A stretch of DNA of 64,000 nt from Ancylonema sp. (Eukaryota): positions 186,001-250,000 of the forward strand of contig JBFLGF010000001.1 of assembly GCA_050230475.1 (NCBI GenBank), given 5' to 3'. Positions 25,250 to 38,482 of the stretch are shown in pieces. The notes beneath the pieces were generated by a model. That model was not told where the DNA came from. It made no database searches and saw only the letters and a list, made by a program, of their open reading frames with translations. How positions within the stretch are numbered: position 1 is the stretch's first letter; the number at the start of each line of letters is the position of its first letter. A program made the translations under genes and the position numbers.

Positions 25250-25649
25250 CGTGTTGTAGGGATGACTTGTACGGTGTAGCGTTCAATCGTGTAGCCGTAC
25301 ACGATCGATACGAGTACGACATACCATACATTTTTGTGTAGTGCATTGTTGTGTGGTACTCATGCACAAAACGTGGTTTTTGTACAAAGTAGCCTCCTTG
25401 TGTGGTCCAAATCGTTGTTCCTATTCGTCTTCATTGCAAAACAATCAATGCCACAAATCGTGTTGTGCGGAGATGATACCTTCGGTTTCTTCAAAACGGT
25501 GTGATGTAATAGTGATTTATATTAATGATTGCCGAATTCTGGGATTCCGAGAATCCGCAATTTCGGTAATATTATCCAAGAGACCAAAGCATAAACCACA
25601 AGCACACGTTGAAAAACCAACGAGTTCAAAAAAGGAAGGTGGTTAATAT

Positions 25650-26588
25650 CATAGTGGGTCCGCGAGCCGGAAAATATGCGCGCCGACTCAAAGCCAGAGC
25701 GCGCGCGCGTCGGCTCGTAGCCGGGCTCGCAAAATCCGCGAGCGGAGCGGGACCCACTGAAAAAAATAAAAAAACAAATGATAGCCCCGTCCCTCACTAA
25801 GCGGTGGACTATTATGCTTGCACACTATTTTTTCATAACACTTTATATTCCATCATTATCCCGTCCCCGTTCGAAATTCCCCCTTGTCGTTTGCAAGCTA
25901 CAATTCTGCCGTTTAGCACTTCTCCCGTTCATCGTATTTTTCCTTACCATCGTTGTCCTCCCGCTCCATCGTAATGTGTGACACTCATAGATTCAATTTG
26001 TCGTTTGTGCCGCAGAATCTGTCAGTTTTTTTTTGTAAATCTCGCATCTGACGGGTGAGCATTGTTCGGGAATCCTTTCTAATGGTGGTGGAACGATTTT
26101 CATGTGGCAAGAGGTGGGGATTTTGTAAACATATCTCCCCATCCATCTGTATTTGAGAGCCCGTCGGTATGTACAGTCTCTTTGTTGTGGTGTCAAGTCT
26201 GGTAAGTATGCATGAGTTTCGAGAAGTGTCATTGTGGCATTGTCATCCCAAAGGTCCACTAGACATCTTCTGGTGGTGGTGCACCTTGGTGAAAACTCAA
26301 AATAAGATGGTGGACTTTGACCCGTGGGTGAGGTCTGCATGTAGTAGCAAGGTGTTTTCTCTCCTATCCGCCCCGTCCCTTCCCCAGATGTCGTCCGATT
26401 CCCGTAATGTCTGAAGGTCTAAGATTCGATACAAAATCATTCAGTTGCCGGAAAAATACCGGATCCGACGGACACAATCTCTCTAGTAACCATCAGAATA
26501 TGGTTACTATGTTCCGGCTCGGAGCCGGCTCGCACGTGCGCCAGCTCGGAGCTGGGCTCGCAAATTTCGCGAGCGCAGACCCACTATG
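25650..26588. mobile_element. Non-autonomous hAT element carrying a Gypsy pol-like fragment
   Basis: TIR CATAGTGGGTC(C/T)GCG; TSD GTTAATAT/GTTGACAT (6/8); internal minus ORF 25993-26340 has DLWDD..QRDCTYRRALKYRW..VPPPLER, resembling the pre-integrase region of Gypsy pol. Confidence 0.7.
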
Positions 26589-26797
26589 GTTGACATAAAC
26601 CTCTAAACGAATTGTGACTGGCACTCCATCTCTCATGAAGAACACAAGGAATACATACAATCACGCTCAATAGCCAATCGCTGCGTCTACAAAGCTATAA
26701 TGCTACAAAACAATCAAATAAACATAGATCTACAATTCTAAAAAATGAAAAGCTCTCTCGTACAAACCAAACGCCAGCTTTAGTGTGCTTGGTCTAC

Positions 26798-28814
26798 CTA
26801 TTGCCCGATTGGGAAGCCTGGCAATACTGTTTTATACAAGAAGCTTAAGAACCCTGTTGTGCCCAAAAGGCCTTTGCCTGTTGTGATCTCAATAAGTAGC
26901 AAAAATACAAAGCCTGCCATTGCTGCTCTACCGTTAATCAACTCATTCTTTGGAGTGAATCCAAAGCCACCCTCTGTCTCGTCCACAACCATCCTCACCT
27001 GCACACCATTTCAGATTTGTCAAATACTTTCCCCTAACATACTTTGGAGACAATCTAGTATTTATCTGGATTGATTGTGGCTGAGAGGCCTTGCAGCTAT
27101 AGAGAGTCGCTCACACTATGAGGAATCTAAATCTGGACATATCAGAGCCATAGTTTTTCTTCGCTGTCAGGACCATGTCAAACAACCAGATATGAGCCCC
27201 TTCTGGATTTTTTTTCCAAAAGCTGGATTCAAAATCAAAAGCAGGGCACGAACAACCATCAGGTTCTCAGCAGCACTTTCCCCAGCCTTCCATCCCTCAT
27301 AACGGACAGTTGGATACACAGTTTCGAGCTTTGTCTACTGGTTCCAACACCTATCATATAGAGGTTCAGAGCAGGTGTTGATCACTCCTGCCGCCTCTAC
27401 GGAGCAATAAAGTACAGGTGACAACCTCAAAATTAAAAACCCTGCTGGAAATATGCAATACTTAGAGGAGGCAAGTCCAGAATGCACGGACATTCGTCAA
27501 CCTTAGAAAAAAGAAAGGGGAGGTCGAGATGCGCTATTGCAGAACTCACCTCATCAACAGCCACATCCGTGGCTGTCCTCCCAACATTAATACTCCCGCC
27601 AAAAACCAGCTCAGCCCCGTACTCTGATTGTGACTCAGACTGGACGCCGACATCTACGCAGATTTGGTACTCCTCGATTTTCACCGGGTACACCACCATA
27701 TCTCTCAGGGACTTGGTGAGAGCTCGCAGCACAACGTTCTTGGGATGCCATTCCTTCACCTGCCCCGTCTTCAGGTCGTAAGTGGAGTCCGTGCTTGGGC
27801 ACACAATGCAACCATCCTGCAGACAGACTCTAGCGTCAGCTGAGATCCAATTAGATCGGTAATGCAGAAGGCCCAACCATCAGGCCAGTTTGGATAGTTA
27901 CAATTCATTAGTTAATTTTTGCCTCCATTTGTCAGCTATTCCTGTAGTTTGTTGATTTGTGGACAGGGCTTCAGCTGGTCGGGTATTGCTTGCGGCATGT
28001 CTGAAGCAGTGCCAAAGGACACATGGCACATGTGTAAAGGCACATTTATATATATGAGTTTGGCCGGGAAAATGAGGACGTGGCTGGCAATTCTGAAGTT
28101 TCAGTCTCAAGATTGCACACTGCCCGGAATGAGGTAGATTGCAAACACCGTCTTCATTTACATTCGGCAGCAAAGCCAGCAGGATGACATAAGATACGAA
28201 ACATTTTAAAATAATAACCAGAAAGTTTCACACTCTAGTGAAGACTTCAAGGTTTCCCATGTTTAGAAGCTGCATCGGTGGCTTCCTCCAGGGTTTCGTC
28301 TCGAAAGCGCTAGTAGAAGTCACACGCGTCCAGAATAAAGATATTTCATTCTCATGTCGATGTATTTGTTTGCAACGCACGGCAAGTTTGGGAAAGCTCT
28401 TGTGCGACCTGAATGACTTTTCGTACGGACCTGTGTGAGTTTCGCATTTATGAAGCCTTCTGCATACGCTCCCTCGGCAGGCGAGCTGTTCTCAATGGCG
28501 TAAATCTCATTCCGGTACCATAATAACAAAATCGTTTCACCATCTTGTCTCACGAGTCGGCGTTCTCCTTTCGGCAGTGCCTCTATAGGAATTACTGGAA
28601 CCCAGTTACCTTCTTGCTTTTCTGCCACGGACGTGCTGGCAGCTTCACACAATACTGGCGAAATGAACCTCGTAGGTGCAATCCTTTTGGACGATATGGA
28701 TCGCGTTCTGAAAGAGTGAGTTGGTTTAATACACCGTGAGTTGACATTTGAAAGAGCCCCTGGACCTGCAGACAGAGCTGGAAGTCCATGCAGCTTCAAA
28801 ATTGACGCTGCCAT
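26798..28814 (-). CDS. PSB33: PSB33 (TEF5/LIL8) thylakoid Rieske-like plus LHC-like protein with chloroplast transit peptide
   Basis: Exons 28814-28431, 27816-27550 and 26998-26798 are in frame: WVPVIPIEALPKGERR..LLLWYRNEIYAIENSSPAEGAY..LTQ|DGCIVCPSTDSTYDL..VDE|VRMVVDE..GFGFTPKNELINGRAAMAGF. Confidence 0.95.
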
Positions 28815-29062
28815 TGAATGCTGTATGCTTCTTCTCTTCCTCGTCCCTAGTTGTTGCCACTTCTCTTGTTGTTGCGTTTTCTCTGTTACACCCTGTTAAC
28901 AACAAGCCCGGCGCATCTTATTTTCGTTTATCGTACTGGGCACCGTAAATGATTTTTAATTAATTATTGAAACCCGAAAGTAATCATTTAAATTACGGCT
29001 TTGCTATACACAAGCACCTGAATTGCTATGCACAAGGGCGGCGCATCTACTTTTCGCTCGTN

Positions 29063-29181
29063 ATTCATCGACGGCTAACAATTATGACAAGTCATCACAA
29101 GTTGATTGCTGACTAGTACAAAGGTGCCACGTTGGATCGACGGATAATAAATGCTAAGCAAATCTAATTCAAATATGACAC
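29063..29181 (-). repeat. Fragment of LTR family C next to an assembly gap
   Basis: Near-identical to ~40645-40758; starts immediately after the N at 29062. Confidence 0.7.
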
Positions 29182-32100
29182 GTGACAACAAAACGGTGTA
29201 TTGAGGTACCGCGTCATGCACCTGATGTGCAGCTTGGGCTGCTTCACTGGCGCGGCGTTGTTGTTCCTCGAGCTCCGTGATTCGCTGGTCGCTGCAGTCG
29301 AAAATTGGAAATGTGGGAGCTGAGTCGATAGATTCTTTCCACTTAATCTGTGCGACTGGATCACTTGCAGGTAACGATTGTAAAGAGGGCAAGGGGATGG
29401 GTAGGGTAAGGTGTTGCCCCGTTTTAAATTTTCGACACTGTTCGATGGTGTATCCTCCCGCGCCATAGTGTTGGAAGAGAGCACCTTTACTGTATTTAGT
29501 GAGTCCGTACTGTCGTTGATTCGTTTGGTTTGGAGTTTTGGGTTGACCATAGGAATCTCCCTTTAATTGTCCTAAAGGTTGTCGTTGTCCGCCAATTTGT
29601 AAATGCGGAGGTCGGTAAGGTGTTGTCTAAGGTTGAACCGTCGATGTTTTCAATGTTTCGGTGGAGTCCTAGTGTGTAAGTTGATGTCGGTGGGAAGTTT
29701 GTGGATGGTGTAAAAGATGGAGAGGGATCTTGTCGATTTTGATACCGAGGAGTTTGCGCTCGTATTCCGCCCGCGGCGCGGATGTCTGCCTCTTGTTTTG
29801 CAAGGTATAGTTCACTTTGGTTCGCCTCCTCCATTATTTCTTTCCGTGTAAGTGGATTCCTTTGCAGTGTTTAGAAAAATCTTTCTTTGTTCTCTTTGAA
29901 ATACCAATTGTTGACGTGCGATTGTAAATTCACTGGAATTAATTGTAATAAGCGGAGCGCCAATTGTTCGGACACCATGGCTCTCGCTTTTTCAACGACG
30001 GTGGCTGCATCATTGTATCGAGAGTAAATTGATGCCACGGTGTCGGTTGGTGTAATTAGGATATTATCCAATTTGTTGAGATATTCCGCCGAGGATGTAC
30101 GGAATCTTTCCTTGATGCGTTTAATGAATTCCACGAGTTCATGTGGTTCGTCGAATGTTGGTTTCACCGGGGGCGTTAGTTTTTCATGCCGTCCTTGCAT
30201 ACGGTGGTAAAACATGTCCACGTAGTAGTCTCTCCATGAGTCCCGAATGTCAGACGTTTGAGAGTCGCTGGTGTTCTCTTCCATGAATTGTTGCCATTCA
30301 CGTTGTGCTTCACCTTTGCAATAAGCGCCGAGACTTTGAACGAGGTCCATTTCTGTGTATCCGGACCGTTTGTCTCGTTTTAGGATTGCGTGGCTTTGCA
30401 CGGCGTTGATGAATTCGTCTTGAACCGTACCAAGAGCTCCATGGTAGGGTGTAATAGGGGTTAAGCTCGTCATGCCGTCACCACACCCTCCAATACGATT
30501 GCGAGGTTTAGGTACGGAAGTGCTAGCCGGCGGATCGGGACTTGCCGGTGGTGGTGAGTGAAGGATCAGCCATAGTGGGCCAATCCCTTGCCTGCCGTAC
30601 AGGTCTTAAATTTGCCGGCTCTCCGACTTCTCGTGAGTTATATAAAAATCCAAACTGTCCGTGACAAATGGCAAGACACCAATAAACTAGAATCCCACTG
30701 GAAACAAAAGCGATGATGGTATGAATTATTTGTTATGAAAACTCCGTAGAGAATATATTGAATTTGCCTCACAAGCCGAGGACAAATCGGTTTATTCAAC
30801 CGAAGCGTAGGTTGACTTAAGTCTACTCGCTAACGTCATTTCCCGTGAACACAATAATGTGACTATTCATATTCACCCCATTGGTGCACACTCAACTATG
30901 CAAATCTAGTGCAACTTAGTCCGGTACTAGAGTAAACCGGTACGAATTCATAGTACTCGCTTCCGCGCCCATTGCGCCTAAGTGCAACCTACATAATTGT
31001 CGATTCACACATCCACATGCATATTGTATCGACTCACAACATGGACACACATGCACATTAGTCACATCTCCGGTCCACGCTAATTCTACAATTATGACTA
31101 TCGCCACAACTCGGCATTTCCCTTGATTAAAGCACTAATTTACTTCATTCCCCCTCTCTTTACTCCAAGTCAAATGCCCGATGACCTTATGCTTTGTTTA
31201 TTTTTGTTTTCTTCTCCTCCTCCTCCACAACATGTCCACTACATGTCTAGCACTCTACTCTCCTAGTGCTATCATACCCATAAGGCATTTTCCCTCTACA
31301 AGCACTTCCACCCCTACGTGCTTCGTAAGTTGGTCCGCCGCCATTGCCTTGGTAGGCACAAAGTGCAACTCCACCTCTCCACTTTCCACCTTCTCCCTCA
31401 CGTAATGAAACTTGATGCCAATATGCTTGCTCCTCTTGTGGAAGACCTGGGTTCTTGGCGATTTTCATAGCCGATTGATTATCACACAAGAGCAAGACTT
31501 TCTCACTCTCGACTCCCATCTCCCTTTGGTACATCCCCAAGTACAGTACACCCCCTCTTGAACCGCAAAAGACATCGCCATGTACTCCGACTCCGTGCCG
31601 TGGAGCTCAGCTCAAAGCCACCACCTCTTGAAGCTTGCTCCCCCACGAAATCGCCACTCCCGCACTCATGAAGACATACCCCGAGCGCCCCCTCTTAGTC
31701 TCCATGTCACTCCCGTAGCTCGCGTCGCGTCGGTGTAGCCCCACACCTCTACCTCCTCATCATTCCCGTAGAAGAGCCCCTTGTCAATTGTCCCCACCAA
31801 GTACCTCACTACCCTCTTCGCCGCCTCCCAATGCTTCACCCCCGGATTCTGGCAAAAACGGCTAAGTGTAGAAACCGCCATCGCAAGGTCGGGACGAGTC
31901 CAAACCGCGAGATACATGAGACTCCCCACGAGGTTCCGGTAGGGGTAGCGCGCCATCTCTTTCTCCCCCTCCTCCGAGGTGGGGGAGTCTTCCACCCCTA
32001 AGACCACTCCCGACTCAAAGGGGGTGGACACCGCCCCTTCCAAGTCCAAGCCGTACTTCCTCACCAAATCCTCGACATATTACTTCCTTTGCTTTGCCCG

Positions 32101-35100
32101 AGGAAAACACCCCCGTCTACTCCCCGAGTGATCTCTATCCCCAACAAGAAAACCGCACTCCCCAAGTCTTTCATCTTGAAGTTGTCACTAGGCCCCGCTT
32201 TGACCTGACCTCCCCGAGAGACTTAGACTTCACACTCTTCCACATAAGAAGGAGATCGTCCGTCTACATATAGATAGATGAAGACCCTCAAGTCTCCTAC
32301 CCCCACTACATACACTCCGTGATCCGAGAAGAACCGCTCAAACCCCATCGAAAGAAGCACCACATCTATCGTCTGGTTCCACATCCTCGGCGCCTGTGCT
32401 TCAAGCCATAGAGGCACTTCCACAAGCGCCACACTCTCCCTAACACACCCCGTACCCTGGTGCCCCCTCCGGAATTTCCACACGTACACCTCCTCTTCTA
32501 AGTCCGCGTAGAGAAAGGCCGTGCTGACGTCCATCTGGTCGAACTCCCAATTGTCGCTTGCCCCGAAGGCGATGAGCGCCTGAATGCTTTCATGTTTCGG
32601 ACTGTAGGAGCGAATGTCTCTTCATAGTCTCTACACCTTCCATCTGCTTGAACTCCCGAGCGACTACCCTCGCCTTGAATTTTTCAACGTTCCCGTCTTG
32701 GTCCTTCTTGATGCGGCGGAGCACCCATTTCATGCTAATGATCCGCTTGCCCTTGGGCCTCTCAACCTCCTCATACACATTATTCTCCTCCTCTAAGCTC
32801 CCCAACTCAGAGTCTAATAAAGCTTCCCTCCATATTCCTTTTGCTCAGGTCCTGCAAGTGCCTCAGCTACCGTGACAGGACAGACCAGGTCCACGGCTGG
32901 CCAGCATAGGAGTCTGCGAGCCGCAGCGGCGGGCCCCGCTGCTTGCTTGTGCGCCTGGGCTGCGAGCCCTGGCCTCCCTGCCCTGACCCCGTCGCTTGAG
33001 CCTGTGGCCCCGTACCCCCGGCACCTGAGCCCGTCAAAATTCCCTGGGAGCCCAGATCCCGTCGCAGAAACTGAAATCCCCCGTTGTCGTCGTAGTCATC
33101 ATCACCCGAATCTCTGCAGTTTCGTCGTCTTCCTCTTCTCATCACGGCTATCACTGACTAGGCTGGGGGTATCGTCATCATCGTCCTCGTCATCGTCGTC
33201 ACCGTCCTCACCCCCACCTGCAAGAGGTTGGGCTCCTTCCCCGCCTGCAGGGGGATGGGGAGGGGGAGGGGGAAAAGGGGGAGGGGGTGGCCCGTCGCCT
33301 GCGCCGTCCATCTGCCGCCCAGTTCTGGGGGATCTCCACACGCTCTGCCACGTAGTCACCCTGCAGAAGCTGCTGCCTCCACCAGCCCCCCTCCACGTCC
33401 TCATCGAAGTCTGCTCCGCCGACATTGTAGACTTTCCCCTTTCCCCTTGCCGACATTGTAGACTTTCCCCTTCACCGGATCCCAGACCCGGTACGAAGGG
33501 CTGCTGTCCGAGTAACCGAGTAGCACCCCCTCCCAGCGCACCTTTCCGAGCTTCCCTGCCCTGTCCCCCTTCTCGATGGGCGCATACACCTTGCAGCCGT
33601 AGGCCCGCAGGTGCGCCAAGGTCGGCTTCTTCCCACACCACAGCTCTTGCGGCGTCAGACCAGTAACCGGCCCCCGGTTCCTGAGGTACGATGCCGCCAG
33701 AAAAACCTCCCCCCAGCTTCCGCCCCCAAGCCCAGCCTCCGTCATCATGCTACGGACTCGGTCTTGGAGGGTACGATTGAGTCGTTCGGCGACCCCGTTC
33801 GCCTGTGGAGTGCGGGGGGGGGTGAACTCCTGGGAGATGCCACGTAGACGAAACCAGTCTTTTAACGTCTGCTTCATGAACTCCCCCCCGTTGTCAGTAC
33901 GGAACCGTCCCACCCGATAACCGGATTCGCGCTCTACCAACGTTGTCCACTCCTTCACCCTCAATTCGACATCAGATTTGTTCTTTAGCAGAATTACCCA
34001 TGATTTCCTGCTGTAATCGTCGATGAGAACAAACACGTAGAGCTTCCCACCCCAGCTGGCAGGCTTGATCGGGCCTGCCAAGTCAGCGTGAAGAGATCCG
34101 AGCGGCTTCCCTGCTCGGAAGGCTGGATCCTTTTGCGGGTGGGGTTTCGCCAGCGACTTGCCCAACGTGCAGCCACGGCAGACTCCCAGCTCCCCAACCA
34201 GGCCACCCTCCAGCCCCCTCACGAACCCTGGCCTCGCCAACTTGTGGAGGGTGCTAACCGCAGCGTGCCCTGTGCGCCTGTGAAGCAGCCCAATGTCCGT
34301 GGCTGCAAACAGCACCTCCGCGGTTGGCGCCAGAAAAACGGGTAGACGGCTGGGGGAGGGAGGGGGAGGGGAGGGCTGTCGGGTCCCTGGTCGGCGGGGT
34401 ACTGAATATTGCACGTGAGAGTGAGTCGTGCCGTGGCAGATTCCTCGAAGCTGCCCACGTATCGACCCTCACGGCTGACCATCCACACAACCCAGCTCCA
34501 CGGGATAGTTTAGACGCGTCCCAGCCAAACGCATTCTCTGCGTCGAGAACAGATGTACCGCCAACTCGGGGACCAATAGCACGTTGTCTAGAATAACCGG
34601 GATTGGGTACCCTTGCGGGTCGGTTAGCTCCAGCCGAACGGTACCCTCCCACGTGCAAATCACCTCCCCCACCACCTGGCGGATTCTGACTGGCCGAGCC
34701 AGCTTCCGCTTGTCCCACAGCATCTCGCAGAATCGTTTGCCACGTGGCGATTCGTGCCAGAATCTCCCAAAAATTGGGAACTCGTTGCAGAACCGAAGCT
34801 TGTGGCCTCGACCTCGATGACCTCGAGAGCGTACGCCTCCTCGAACTCACCATACTTCGCCTCCGCCATTGCGGATTGCATTTTCTTCCTCTGGGCGGCA
34901 AAGGAGACTACTCTCTTGACCTCCTTCGTGCCGCCCCCCTTCGACTCGTCGGCAGCGGACGTGCTCGGCTTGTCGCCCCCGTGGCGACAGGTCGCTGCCA
35001 GGTGCCCCTCCCGCCCGCAGGTGGAGCACTTCTTGTCGCGATACGGGCAATCAAGTGACTTGGCTTCCCGCAACAATAGCAATCGATGTCCTCCTGGGAT

Positions 35101-37141
35101 GCGCCACGTGCTCCGTGTCGATCGCCTCCCCTGCCGCCACGTGTGGCACCTCCTCTCGCTGACGCTGCCTCCCGCGCTGCTTCCGCTCCCGCCAAATCCG
35201 CGCTGCTTCCGCTCCCGCCAAATCTTCCGCTCCCGCCCCCAGTGAATCCGCCCCGGAATCCGCCCCGCTGCGAGCGATTTCCCCCTCAAAAGCTGTCACG
35301 TGCGAATGCAGCCTCGTTGTGCTCGCTTTCTTCTGCAGTATTTCGACGAATCTCTAGTGCCTTCATCGTCGCAAATAATTGCTCAGTTGTCGGAAGTGGC
35401 GTCTGACCCGCGACACTCTCCGACCACAAATTTTCCATCGAGGCGAGGGGGCGCGTCAGGAGCGCATTTGTCTTCTGAACTGGAGTAAGATGGACCTTCT
35501 ATAGAACGCAGTCGCTGGCGAGACCGTCGAATCGATTTTGCATGAGCTGAATTGTCTCGTTTCCCATGCTAAAATTGAAGAATCGATTTGACGCATTCAT
35601 CGCTAGAATTGAAGAGACGGGCTGATAATCTGCGACGATCTTCGCCCACTTTGCTGCGACAGTCGGACTGCGACAGAATAGTGCTGATAGCAACAGGGCT
35701 TTAGCGTAATTTTAACAGCATTGAAGTCGCTTTCGCCTCGTTCACCTCAAATTTCTCGATCTCAGCGTTTCTCGCGTCCACCATGGCCCTGCGTGACCGC
35801 AGGGACTCCAGTTGACGAGAGCGACGTAGCTTGCTGCGCCCGGGGCGCCAACTCCGGCTACTGCAACGACTCCTGCAGCGACGGTCAACGGTGGACCCGG
35901 AAACGGCGGCCGTTCCCTTGATGTGGGCCCACACCTTTTTTTCGCGAAACATGGGCTCCATGATCGCCAGCCACACGTTTATGTTGTCACCTGTCAACCG
36001 CAGACGTGGTTTCAGGTATTCGTCGCCCGACGCTCTGATGCCACTTGAAGGATCAGCCATAGTGGGCCAAGCCTGCCGTACAGGTCTTAAATTCGCCGGC
36101 TCTCCGACTTCTCGTGAATTACATACAAAGCCAATCCAAACTGTCTGTGACAAATGGCAAGACACCAATAGACTAGAATCCCACTGGAAACAAAAGCGAT
36201 GATAGTATGAATTATTTGTTATGAAAACTCCGTAGAGTATATATTGAATTTGCCTCACAAGCCGAGGACAAATCGGTTTATTAACCAACCGAAGCGTAGG
36301 TTGACTTAAGTCTACTCGCTAACGTCATTTCCCGTGAACACAATAATGTGACTATTCATATTCACCCCATTGGTGCACACTCAACTATGCAAATCTAGTG
36401 CAACTTAGTCCGGTACTAGAGTAAACCGGTACGAACTCATAGTACTCGCTTCCGCGCCCATTGCGCCTAAGTGCAACCTACATAATTGTCGATTCACACA
36501 TCCACATGCATATTGTATCGACTCACAACATGGACACACATGCACATTAGTCACATCTCCGGTCCACGCTAATTCTACAATTATTACTATCGCCACAACT
36601 CGGCATTTCCCTTGATTAAAGCACTAATTTACTTCAGTGAGTCGTGCGGGGTCTGTGTGTAAGGATTCGGTGATAAAGGCGGCGACCTTGGAGGTGATGA
36701 TCCAGGTCTCGATCCCGGAGGTGATAACGGCGGTGGAGGTGGTGTGGCTGCTCGTGACGGTGAGCCAACCACTCGTGGTGGTCGAGGTGGTGATACAGAT
36801 CGACCTCGTGGAGATGTAAGACGTGTGTACGGCGCACTATGTCTCCGAAGGAGTTCCACTACCGGTGATAAGTTTTCGTTTTGATTGTTGACTGGTGGAG
36901 GTAGCTCCAAGTTTGTAGGTCGAAAGTCTGGTGCTTCCGGTGATTTTTTTCGTAAAATATCCAGGTTGATATCTGCGACGTCCGATTTGATGTTGCTGAA
37001 ACTGTCGGAGTCACTATCGCCAAATATGTCTTTGGGTATAATAAAATCTTGTGTAGGAAGTCGGTCCAACGTTCCTACTGCTCCTTGGCTCTCCGGATTC
37101 GCCACTTTTTCGAGTCGACCTTCTATTCTATACCAGGGCAT
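29182..37141 (-). pseudogene. Gypsy-type gag-like ORF split by a Copia insertion
   Basis: Removing 30559-36636 plus one TSD copy joins ORF 37141-36637 in frame to 30553-29871 (..PHDSPPPASPDP..GDGMTSLT). Gag-like LGAYCKGEAQREW motif. One premature TAA, then the same frame continues to 29496. Candidate PBS TGGTGCCAAAACCC at 37657-37644. Confidence 0.7.
30559..36636 (-). mobile_element. Full-length Ty1/Copia LTR retrotransposon with frameshifted gag-pol
   Basis: LTRs 36046-36636 (5') and 30559-31147 (3'), TG..CA ends, TSD GTGAG; PBS TGGCATCAGAGC (36043-36032, tRNA-iMet-like); PPT AAAGAGAGGGGGAA. Gag zinc knuckles, protease DSG, HRRTGH..CRGC, integrase (DLAGP, RTDNGGEF, NGVAER), RT (MDVSTAFL, YVD, YRNLVGSLMYL) and RNase H (CDNQSA) in Copia order. 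Confidence 0.95.
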
Positions 37142-38482
37142 ATACTTGTGGAGCGATCAGCACTGCCACCAAGTTGATTATTGCGAGGTAGTGAAGAATG
37201 CAGGATCGAATAAAATTTGTAGAATCGTGGTAAGGCTGCAGAAGTTCATAGCTTATATGCAGAATTCGACTGGAAGCGTGGCTTCACTAAATTTGTCGAT
37301 GACTTCGAGTCGATCGATTTTAACCTGCACTTCCCCTCCTAATTTGATGTAGGCAGCTTCCACTAGTTAGTAATGTAAGTTGTTCGTAGCAAAAATCGAC
37401 GAGTTCGATGCAGCAGTTGTACTCCTCCACTCGTTGATGTCGCGCTCCTTGTAAATGTTCTTGAATTAACAATTTCAAGTGAACTAAAAAAAAATTTATG
37501 CAAAATAACAAGTGCAATGTTTCAACTCAAATGTGAATTAGATGAGTTGAGTTTGCAAGCAATAATCCTGTGTGGAAGCGTGTAAAGCACCTGTGATCAA
37601 GGGGTGGGGTAACAAGCCCACGCGTTTGATACGCAGTAAGTAAGGGTTTTGGCACCACGTGGTACCCCCAGATAGGCGTGTAAGTCTCTGAGCCGTGGGG
37701 CTATCTCAGAGGGGGGAACGAGAATAAATCTCAGGTGTAACCTTTATAGGAAGATCAGGTGGGCACTAGGTACTCACAGGGGATAGAGACGGAGCTCAAT
37801 GTAAGCGAACCACTGGTAACCATATGAAAATCTCTGACAGGGAGTAGTCAAAGCAGTCGAGAAATGTATTTTGCAAGAGCACTTCCAAATTACAAAGAAT
37901 GGTGTAAGGCAACTTCCAAGTGAACGGGTCACCCGAGGGAAGTGTGATATATCACGGGGTAAAGATAACAGTCTCTCTAATGTTAAGAGATTGGGGAGAG
38001 TGCAACCCGAAGGTGGTACACAGTGTAAGATTCATACCGGATAGAAGAGTCCGAAAAGACAATTTGTAAAACCGGCCTCACTACTGCAAAAACACTGAGT
38101 GGAGTGGTCAGACAAGTTAGCAAGGTTTGACCCTCGTTGGTTTGCAAGTTACGGACTTTATATACCGCCTGCGCAATCCCAACAAGCTGGCAAATCTCAA
38201 GGTTACGGCTTCGAGGCACGGCTTTTCCTTCGAACTGACGAACTTGCTGATCCGATCAGACAAGTTTGTGTTTGGTGTGTAATATTGTTTGACCGCTGAA
38301 GGGTCGTACTGTGTAAAAATGTCGGTTACCCGCAATAGGATCCTTCTGTGTAATAATTTGGGGTGTCGCTATGGACGTGACAACAGTAAAATCGTAACTT
38401 GCCACATGCCAGATGCAAAAATCGATATAGACTGATGCAGGTGGGAACACAAGTGTCCAGGATATGATGCAGATCTAAACAT

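Larger units (their letters stand above)
24030..25321 (+). repeat. Partial copy of LTR family B interrupted by two hAT MITEs
   Basis: Collinear with ~39050-39592 and ends ...GTACGACA like that copy. Confidence 0.7.

Noticed and set aside
30916..31107. Duplicated 63-aa Cys-rich ORF (also 36405-36596)
   Set aside because: Lies within the two Copia LTRs, so duplication is explained by the LTR; no independent coding evidence.
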